Positions 44,434 to 53,280 of a stretch of 53,280 nucleotides of DNA are shown piece after piece; position 1 is the stretch's first letter, and each line of letters starts with the position of its first letter. The notes beneath the pieces were generated by a model. That model was given only the letters and a program-made list of their open reading frames with translations, was not told the origin of the DNA and did no database searches. Position numbers and translations under genes: made by a program. The stretch lies in assembly GCF_003334815.1 (NCBI RefSeq), contig NZ_QOWO01000028.1. One strand, 5' to 3'. This DNA is from Escherichia coli (GTDB lineage Bacteria; Pseudomonadota; Gammaproteobacteria; Enterobacterales; Enterobacteriaceae).

Positions 44434-45756
44434 TTACAACGACTGATGTCGCGTCTCATGGGTCAGCAGCAGGGCGATTAACGTCAAGCCAGCCATCGCC
44501 GCCAGATATAACCCCACCGCACCTAGCCCGTAGTTAGTCTGCAACCAGGCTGCGATATATGGCGCAACGGAAGCCCCGAGAATCGACGCTACGTTGTAAG
44601 AGAACGATGCTCCGGTGTAACGCACTTCTGTCGGAAACAGCTCTGGTAACAGCGCACCCATTGGCCCGAAGGTCAGACCCATCAGACTTAACCCCAGCAG
44701 CAGGAAGGCAAAAACCAGAATCGGGTTGCCAGAACCGAGCAGTGGGTTAAAGGCGAACAGCGCGAACAGGATGATCAGCGTGGTGATGATTACCATGCTT
44801 TTACGGCGACCAAAGGCATCAGCCAGTAATCCAGCGACTGGCACCATCACGCCAAAACCAATAACTGCCATCATCAACATCCACAACACTTCGTTACGCG
44901 GCAGGCCAAGCCCAACTGGCGCGGCGGCGGTACTAAAGGTCATAGAGTAGACCGTCATGATGTAAAACAGCGTATAGGTTGCCAGCATAATGAACGTACC
45001 CAGTACGGTTACGCGAACATGTTTGGTCAGCAGCGTACCCAGCGGGATCTTCACCTGTTTTTTCGCTTTAGCGACTTTCTCAAACACCGGCGACTCATGC
45101 AGCGACACGCGAACATACAGGCCGATAATGACCAGCACCGCCGAGAAGATAAATGGCACACGCCAGCCCCAGCTCATAAACTGCTCGTCGGTCAGTAGCC
45201 AGGAAAGCAGCAAGAAAGTGCCATTGGCAAAGAAGAAGCCAATCGGTGCGCCCAGCTGCGGAAAGGAGCCATACAGTGCACGTTTGCGCGGTGGGGCGTT
45301 TTCAGTCGCCAGCAGCGCCGCGCCGCCCCATTCACCGCCTAAGCCCAGACCCTGACCAAATCGAGCCAGCGCCAGCAGCAGCGGGGCGAAAATACCAATC
45401 GTGGCATAGCCCGGCAGCAGACCAATCACCACGGTCGAAATCCCCATCGTTAGCAACGAGGCGACCAGCGTCGCTTTACGCCCAACGCGATCGCCAAAAT
45501 GACCAAAAACGGCAGAGCCAATGGGGCGCGCGACGAAGGCGATGGCGAAGGTGGCGAGCGACTGTAGCGTTGCTGCCGTAGGATCGCCCTGCGGGAAGAA
45601 GATATGCGGAAACACAATAACGGCCGCAGTGGCGTAAATGTAAAAGTCGAAGAACTCAATGGCTGTGCCAATGAGAGAGGCGACAAGGACTTTATTACGC
45701 GAGTTGATCGGCGTGTATTCTTGCTCGTGGTCGAGTGTTGTGGCTGTTGCTTGCAT
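44434..45756 (-). CDS. yhjE: MFS transporter YhjE (metabolite:H+ symporter family, 440 aa)
   Basis: 12-TM MFS protein with the GRKxxL-type loop motif (GDRVGRK). Confidence 0.9.
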   Translation of the reverse strand: MQATATTLDHEQEYTPINSRNKVLVASLIGTAIEFFDFYIYATAAVIVFPHIFFPQGDPTAATLQSLATFAIAFVARPIGSAVFGHFGDRVGRKATLVASLLTMGISTVVIGLLPGYATIGIFAPLLLALARFGQGLGLGGEWGGAALLATENAPPRKRALYGSFPQLGAPIGFFFANGTFLLLSWLLTDEQFMSWGWRVPFIFSAVLVIIGLYVRVSLHESPVFEKVAKAKKQVKIPLGTLLTKHVRVTVLGTFIMLATYTLFYIMTVYSMTFSTAAAPVGLGLPRNEVLWMLMMAVIGFGVMVPVAGLLADAFGRRKSMVIITTLIILFALFAFNPLLGSGNPILVFAFLLLGLSLMGLTFGPMGALLPELFPTEVRYTGASFSYNVASILGASVAPYIAAWLQTNYGLGAVGLYLAAMAGLTLIALLLTHETRHQSL

Positions 45757-46066
45757 AATCTTTTCTTATTTTTTGGCTAACGAATAGCCATATTACGCAC
45801 AGCAAAAGTGATATTTCAATGTGTAACAAATCGCGGAAATGGTCAAAAATCAGGCAAAAAGGGGATAATGTTTAGGCCAGTGATTTTTCTTCTATGAAAT
45901 GCTTCACATAATTTTATAAATAGTGGATAAAACTGGTTTCAGGTTAAATAAAAGTTACCAACTGGATTTATATGCTGGGGTTATGAGTTGGAATGAAATT
46001 GTTTGCTCCCAAATAGATGGCTGAAGAGGCTCTGGGGACGAGTTTCAAGAGGTTATGTGCGCATTA

Positions 46067-46163
46067 TAGCCGGATGCGATGCTGGCGCATCTTATCCGGC
46101 CTACGGGGAGCCAGGCCGAATAAAATCGTATGCCGGATAAGGCGTTTACGCCGCATCCGGCCT
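46067..46163. repeat. REP/BIME pair between yhjE and yhjD
   Basis: GCCGGATGCGATGCTGGCGCATCTTATCCGGCCTAC and TGCCGGATAAGGCGTTTACGCCGCATCCGGCCTAT in inverted orientation. Confidence 0.7.
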
Positions 46164-46166
46164 ATT

Positions 46167-47180
46167 TTAAGGCTGCGTTTTCCCCGGCATTCGCGGGTCG
46201 TCTTTATATTCGGCGGTGGCAATCCACGCCGCGCAAAACAGCGTCAAACGGGCGAAGAAGTAGAAAAATGCCATCAGCCCCAGCACGGAACCAAATGCTG
46301 CGCCAGAGGGGGATTTCATCAACGATGGCAGGGTGTAGGTCATCACGATTTTAATCACTTCAAAACCAATAGCAGCCAGAAATGTTCCGCGAATCAGGGC
46401 TTTTTTGCGCGGACGGTGGCGCGGCAACCGCCAGAAGATCCAGAAGAAAAGCAGATAGTTGGCGAAGATGGAAATCGCCAGGCCAATCAATCGCCACGTC
46501 GGTTTCAGCCACTCAATGCTGTTCAGGTGCAGGGCGCTAATAATCATTTGCTGCGCCGAACCGGCAACCGAGGTGATCGAAAGCGTCACAATCAGCGCAA
46601 TCAACAAACCAATCAGCGAAATAAAATCTCGCAGATATTTTACCCAGAACTTCTCCTGATCTTGCGGCGAGCGTTCCCAGACATCGCGCGACTGGGCACG
46701 AATCGCTTCACGCAGGTTACCCATCCAGTTGATGCCGGAATAAAGTGCCACCGCCAGGCCGACAAGCCCTACAGTCGTACGCTGCTGAACGGCGGTGTTG
46801 ATGGTGTTTTTCAACGTGGCGGCTAGCGTCGGATCGCTGATGTTTTGCAGAATTTTGTCGAAGATATCCTGTAGCAACATCGGATGGGAGGCCAGCACAA
46901 AGCCCCCTGCGGCAAACGACACCATCAAAATTGGTATCATCGACAAAAATGAGAAATAGGTGATAGCCGCACCAAACTGGTTACCCAGCCGATCGTTAAA
47001 GCGTTCTGTCGCGCGAATCAGGTGCGCAATAACCGGTTGGCGTTGGACTTTTTCGGCAGTGGTGGTGACGGTTTCCAGCGCCTGGCTAACTTTGCTGCCT
47101 TTCTCGCTATTATCCAACGGCTTAATCGGCTCGTGCTCCAGATCCTGGATGGGACGTTTGATCTCGTTTTCCTGCGTCAT
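46167..47180 (-). CDS. yhjD: Inner membrane protein YhjD (YihY/BrkB family, 337 aa)
   Basis: 337-aa polytopic membrane protein; matches recalled YhjD. Confidence 0.9.
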   Translation of the reverse strand: MTQENEIKRPIQDLEHEPIKPLDNSEKGSKVSQALETVTTTAEKVQRQPVIAHLIRATERFNDRLGNQFGAAITYFSFLSMIPILMVSFAAGGFVLASHPMLLQDIFDKILQNISDPTLAATLKNTINTAVQQRTTVGLVGLAVALYSGINWMGNLREAIRAQSRDVWERSPQDQEKFWVKYLRDFISLIGLLIALIVTLSITSVAGSAQQMIISALHLNSIEWLKPTWRLIGLAISIFANYLLFFWIFWRLPRHRPRKKALIRGTFLAAIGFEVIKIVMTYTLPSLMKSPSGAAFGSVLGLMAFFYFFARLTLFCAAWIATAEYKDDPRMPGKTQP

Positions 47181-47228
47181 CCGCTCTTTTGTCCTTCTGT
47201 CGTGGTCATTCTTAAAAAGTATAGTCGG

Positions 47229-48128
47229 TCAGTCCAGGTACTCTTTCATTACGCCAGCCAGCCACTGCATAAACAGGTTTACACGCCGGGAAAGCTCCCG
47301 ACGCTGCGGATAAACCAGCGAAAGGGAGAGCGGCTCGGCACGGTAGCCAGGTAATACTTCAATAAGCCGCCCGGCACGCAGGGCTTCGCGCACGGCAATG
47401 CGCGGGATCTGAATAATCCCCAGACCGGCAAGACCGGCGGTGAGATAGTTTTCGCTACTGTTTACCGTCAACATGCCGCCAGACTTAAACCACTGGACGC
47501 CATTAACGCTGGCAACCTCAAAACCTAACGGATGTACACCCAGGTGCGGTGTATAACGCACTATTGCGTGTGAAGTCAGATCATCGGGGCTTTGCGGATA
47601 ACCAAAGCGCGTCAGATAGTGCGGACTGGCACAGTTGACCATGGTCAGTTTGCCGAGGGGACGGGCGATAACGCCATCTTCCGGTAACGCGCCAGTGCGT
47701 ATCACGCAATCAAAACCATCATGAAGAATATCTACCGGACGGTCATGGCTACTCAGTTCCAGCTCAATTCCCGGATGCAGATAGAGAAATTCCGACAGGC
47801 GCGGCAGTAACAGGCTTTTCGCGATTCCTGGCGGGATGTCGATGCGTAATTTACCGCTGATACTGGTGGCATCCTGTTGAAACAGACCGTCCAGTTCGCT
47901 GAGATTACTCAACACATCTTTTGCTCGTTGATAATAGGTCATGCCTTCTGGCGTGAGTTTGACCCGTCGCGTGGTGCGCTGGAGAAGCTGGGTGCCAAGT
48001 TGATGTTCCAGTGCCTGTATCTGGCGCGAAACACTTCCCTTTGGCAAAGCAAAGAAATCCGCTGCGCGGGAAAAACTTTCCAGCTCCGCGACTTTGATGA
48101 ACAACTGCATTGCGTGAATTTTATCCAT
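47229..48128 (-). CDS. yhjC: LysR-family transcriptional regulator YhjC (299 aa)
   Basis: N-terminal LysR HTH (MDKIHAMQLFIKVAELESFSRAA) and substrate-binding domain; start trimmed. Confidence 0.88.
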   Translation of the reverse strand: MDKIHAMQLFIKVAELESFSRAADFFALPKGSVSRQIQALEHQLGTQLLQRTTRRVKLTPEGMTYYQRAKDVLSNLSELDGLFQQDATSISGKLRIDIPPGIAKSLLLPRLSEFLYLHPGIELELSSHDRPVDILHDGFDCVIRTGALPEDGVIARPLGKLTMVNCASPHYLTRFGYPQSPDDLTSHAIVRYTPHLGVHPLGFEVASVNGVQWFKSGGMLTVNSSENYLTAGLAGLGIIQIPRIAVREALRAGRLIEVLPGYRAEPLSLSLVYPQRRELSRRVNLFMQWLAGVMKEYLD

Positions 48129-48647
48129 TTCTTTGACCGATTGTTGTTCACAGCGAAACAGTAACGCGCATATCGCATTGTTTATTGTTTTTTCTAACAT
48201 CTAATGCCGGGTTTCACAATGTTGTCATGCCGAATGTGGCGATTTCTCAGCAGGAAAAGGGCGGAATAGCTTTCTGAGAAAGGTGAATCCCCTTAAACAG
48301 AGCGTATTTTTCAGCGATTCCCTTTAAAGTGAACAGAGGACGTGTTGGCTATTTGTGCTTATTTTTGTCTCCTTGCCGTTTGTTATTTTGGCTTGTGGTC
48401 GCGGAATTTCATTTTTAATTGCATGCGTACTAACCACCAATATAAGGAAATCCTCAAAATTGTTTTAAATAGTGCCCTCGACATGTAATTTCAGGCGTTT
48501 AGCTGTAACTATTTATATCGGTAACTATTTTCTACACGTCATCTCTGTAGAATGGCCACCGCCAAATGGCGAATTCTTATTTTTTCTCGCGGGTAATACC
48601 CTTCCACTACTTAAGTCTTTTTAACGTATTCAGGTGGAGATTCAGTT

Positions 48648-49250
48648 ATGCAAATAGTCATGTTTGACAGGCAGTCAATATTTATTCATGGAATGAAAAT
48701 CAGTTTACAGCAGCGTATTCCAGGAGTGAGTATTCAGGGGGCCAGTCAGGCAGACGAGTTATGGCAAAAGCTGGAAAGTTACCCTGAAGCCTTAGTTATG
48801 CTCGATGGCGATCAGGATGGTGAGTTTTGCTACTGGTTGCTGCAAAAAACCGTGGTGCAATTTCCTGAGGTTAAGGTGTTAATTACGGCGACGGATTGCA
48901 ATAAACGGTGGTTACAGGAAGTTATCCATTTTAATGTGCTGGCCATTGTGCCTCGTGATTCAACCGTCGAGACATTTGCGTTGGCGGTAAATAGTGCGGC
49001 GATGGGGATGATGTTTCTGCCTGGAGACTGGCGGACGACGCCGGAAAAGGACATTAAAGATCTCAAATCGTTAAGCGCCCGCCAGCGGGAGATTTTAACC
49101 ATGTTAGCGGCGGGCGAATCAAATAAGGAGATCGGCAGAGCGCTGAATATCAGTACCGGAACGGTAAAAGCGCATCTGGAATCCCTGTATCGCCGTCTGG
49201 AAGTGAAAAATCGCACCCAGGCGGCAATGATGTTAAATATCTCCTCCTGA
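48648..49250 (+). CDS. yhjB: LuxR/FixJ-family regulator YhjB (200 aa)
   Basis: C-terminal LuxR-type HTH (LSARQREILTMLAAGESNKEIGRALNISTGTVKAH) with a receiver-like N-domain. Confidence 0.9.
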   Translation: MQIVMFDRQSIFIHGMKISLQQRIPGVSIQGASQADELWQKLESYPEALVMLDGDQDGEFCYWLLQKTVVQFPEVKVLITATDCNKRWLQEVIHFNVLAIVPRDSTVETFALAVNSAAMGMMFLPGDWRTTPEKDIKDLKSLSARQREILTMLAAGESNKEIGRALNISTGTVKAHLESLYRRLEVKNRTQAAMMLNISS

Positions 49251-49261
49251 AGAGGATAATT

Positions 49262-49296
49262 TTACAGCCAGCAGGAAGTTAGCGGCTGGCTGTAAA
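49262..49296. terminator. Hairpin between convergent yhjB and treF
   Basis: TTACAGCCAGC...GCTGGCTGTAA 11-bp inverted repeat; no strong T-tract, so function uncertain. Confidence 0.35.
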
Positions 49297-49300
49297 AATA

Positions 49301-50980
<1,680 letters not shown>

Positions 50981-51232
50981 TTATCGGCTTTTCTTTAAGG
51001 GTAGTCATTCGCTCCGCCTGGTGGGCGACAAAGCGTGCGGTGGATCACGTTTATTAACCTGTCAAAAAATATAACGCACTAATATCAATGGAATTTATAA
51101 AAATACCGATTTGGTGTTGTTTTTCATTTTCAGAACATTCAATCCTGCTCTCGCCGCAATCATGATATGCCATTCCTGATCTGGGTAATAGGCACAGGCT
51201 ATCTTATTGATAGTTTATATTCATGTAATTGA

Positions 51233-51246
51233 TTGATTCCTATCAA
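51233..51246 (+). promoter_or_regulatory. FNR-type binding site TTGAT-N4-ATCAA upstream of yhjA
   Basis: Perfect consensus half-sites TTGATTCCTATCAA about 108 bp upstream of the yhjA ATG; yhjA is known to be FNR/OxyR regulated. Confidence 0.5.
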
Positions 51247-51353
51247 AAAGCGTATCTCCCTGTTTTTTATGATGGCTTTGTCTCGCAGAGACGTTTGCAG
51301 CATTCTGGAAAATTTTCTGGGTCACAATAACTCACCACCGTGAGGGAAGAATA

Positions 51354-52751
51354 ATGAAAATGGTCTCACGTATTACCGCGATCGGCCTGGCTGGCGTCGC
51401 GATTTGCTATTTAGGGTTATCTGGTTATGTGTGGTACCACGATAATAAACGCAGTAAACAGGCCGATGTTCAGGCATCTGCTGTCAGTGAAAATAATAAG
51501 GTTTTAGGCTTTCTCCGCGAAAAAGGATGCGACTATTGCCACACGCCTTCGGCAGAATTACCCGCCTATTATTATATTCCTGGCGCGAAACAGTTGATGG
51601 ATTACGACATTAAGCTTGGATATAAATCTTTTAACCTTGAGGCCGTGCGTGCGGCACTGCTGGCTGATAAACCCGTTTCGCAAAGCGATTTGAATAAGAT
51701 TGAATGGGTGATGCAGTATGAAACTATGCCACCAACGCGTTATACCGCGCTACACTGGGCGGGTAAGGTGAGTGATGAAGAGCGGGCGGAAATACTGGCC
51801 TGGATTGCAAAACAGCGCGCGGAATATTACGCCAGCAATGATACTGCTCCGGAACATCGCAATGAACCGGTGCAGCCCATCCCGCAAAAACTGCCTACCG
51901 ATGCGCAAAAAGTGGCGTTGGGTTTTGCGCTGTATCACGATCCCCGTTTATCGGCTGATAGCACCATTTCATGCGCTCATTGCCATGCGTTGAATGCGGG
52001 GGGCGTCGATGGCAGAAAAACATCGATTGGTGTTGGTGGCGCAGTTGGGCCGATTAACGCGCCGACGGTATTTAACTCAGTATTTAACGTTGAGCAGTTC
52101 TGGGATGGTCGTGCGGCAACATTGCAGGATCAGGCTGGTGGACCGCCGTTGAACCCGATTGAAATGGCGTCGAAATCCTGGGACGAAATTATTGCTAAGC
52201 TGGAAAAAGATCCGCAGCTTAAAACGCAGTTCCTCGAAGTCTATCCGCAAGGTTTCAGTGGCGAAAATATTACTGATGCCATTGCTGAATTTGAGAAAAC
52301 ATTAATTACGCCGGATTCCCCATTTGATAAATGGTTGCGCGGAGATGAAAATGCGCTGACGGCGCAACAGAAAAAAGGCTATCAATTATTTAAAGATAAT
52401 AAATGTGCAACTTGTCATGGTGGTATTATTCTCGGCGGACGTTCCTTTGAACCGTTGGGGCTGAAAAAAGACTTTAACTTTGGGGAAATTACGGCGGCGG
52501 ATATTGGTCGTATGAATGTGACTAAAGAAGAGCGTGATAAATTGCGTCAGAAAGTACCCGGTTTACGTAACGTTGCTTTAACGGCACCGTACTTCCATCG
52601 CGGTGACGTGCCGACGCTGGACGGGGCGGTGAAACTGATGCTGCGCTATCAGGTAGGCAAAGAGCTGCCGCAGGAGGATGTGGATGATATCGTAGCTTTC
52701 CTGCACAGTCTGAACGGGGTGTACACGCCGTATATGCAGGATAAACAATAA
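51354..52751 (+). CDS. yhjA: Cytochrome c peroxidase YhjA (Ccp, 465 aa)
   Basis: Three CxxCH haem-binding motifs (CDYCH, CAHCH, CATCH) and an N-terminal TM anchor. Confidence 0.95.
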   Translation: MKMVSRITAIGLAGVAICYLGLSGYVWYHDNKRSKQADVQASAVSENNKVLGFLREKGCDYCHTPSAELPAYYYIPGAKQLMDYDIKLGYKSFNLEAVRAALLADKPVSQSDLNKIEWVMQYETMPPTRYTALHWAGKVSDEERAEILAWIAKQRAEYYASNDTAPEHRNEPVQPIPQKLPTDAQKVALGFALYHDPRLSADSTISCAHCHALNAGGVDGRKTSIGVGGAVGPINAPTVFNSVFNVEQFWDGRAATLQDQAGGPPLNPIEMASKSWDEIIAKLEKDPQLKTQFLEVYPQGFSGENITDAIAEFEKTLITPDSPFDKWLRGDENALTAQQKKGYQLFKDNKCATCHGGIILGGRSFEPLGLKKDFNFGEITAADIGRMNVTKEERDKLRQKVPGLRNVALTAPYFHRGDVPTLDGAVKLMLRYQVGKELPQEDVDDIVAFLHSLNGVYTPYMQDKQ

Positions 52752-52760
52752 TTAATTTGA

Positions 52761-52792
52761 TCGCCCGAACAGCAATGTTTGGGCGATTTTTA
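52761..52792 (+). terminator. Intrinsic terminator after yhjA
   Basis: TCGCCCGAACA...TGTTTGGGCGA hairpin followed by TTTTTA. Confidence 0.6.
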
Positions 52793-52862
52793 TTACGATA
52801 ATAAAGTCTGTTTTTAATATTATCATGTTAAATGTTTATATTATAAAAAGTCGTTTTTCTGC

Positions 52863-52882
52863 TTAGGATTTTGTTATTTAAA
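52863..52882 (+). promoter_or_regulatory. GAD box (GadE/RcsB binding site) of the gadA promoter
   Basis: Exact 20-bp TTAGGATTTTGTTATTTAAA about 80 bp upstream of the gadA ATG; matches the recalled gad box consensus. Confidence 0.6.
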
Positions 52883-52962
52883 TTAAGCCTGTAATGCCTT
52901 GCTTCCATTGCGGATAAATCCTACTTTTTTATTGCCTTCAAATAAATTTAAGGAGTTCGAAA

Positions 52963-53280
52963 TGGACCAGAAGCTGTTAACGGATTTCCGCTCAGAACTA
53001 CTCGATTCACGTTTTGGCGCAAAGGCCATTTCTACTATCGCGGAGTCAAAACGATTTCCGCTGCACGAAATGCGCGATGATGTCGCATTTCAGATTATCA
53101 ATGATGAATTATATCTTGATGGCAACGCTCGTCAGAACCTGGCCACTTTCTGCCAGACCTGGGACGACGAAAACGTCCATAAATTGATGGATTTGTCGAT
53201 CAATAAAAACTGGATCGACAAAGAAGAATATCCGCAATCCGCAGCCATCGACCTGCGTTGCGTAAATATGGTTGCCGATC
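52963..53280 (+). CDS. gadA: Glutamate decarboxylase GadA, 5' portion (continues past window end)
   Basis: N-terminus [69 protein letters not shown]; assigned to gadA rather than gadB because of the yhjA neighbour. Confidence 0.9.

Noticed and set aside
46017-46826. 269-aa ORF on the plus strand overlapping yhjD and the upstream REP region
   Set aside because: Starts inside REP elements and runs antisense through yhjD; Arg/Gln-rich low-complexity product, no RBS.

Overview
This window reads as a contiguous, syntenic stretch of Escherichia coli core chromosome, and I found no convincing sign of a novel or undescribed system in it. Every large ORF matches a known gene, and the gene order is (left to right): IS150 end, hokA, cspA, yiaG, yiaF, ghrB, yiaD, bisC, yiaC, tag, yhjY, yhjX, eptB, tRNA-Pro (proK), dppABCDF, yhjV, rdlD/ldrD, bcsGFE (minus strand) divergent from bcsRQABZC, pdeK, dctA, yhjJ, kdgK, pdeH, yhjG, yhjE, yhjD, yhjC, yhjB, treF, yhjA and the 5' part of gadA. 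All identifications rest on my reading of the translated ORFs and on recall of E. coli proteins and motifs; nothing was searched or computed. Start codons in the ORF track were trimmed where the track had extended them upstream of the recognisable start. Intergenic regions carry expected elements: REP/BIME palindromes, intrinsic terminators, and several binding sites readable directly in the sequence (sigma-28 promoter for pdeH, FNR box for yhjA, GAD box for gadA, YpdB repeats for yhjX). The most notable observations are that bcsQ codon 6 is TTG, so the ORF is uninterrupted (to my recollection K-12 lab strains carry TAG there), and that the window appears to start inside an IS150 copy ending about 33 bp upstream of hokA. 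No CRISPR array, rRNA, integrase or prophage-like block was seen.
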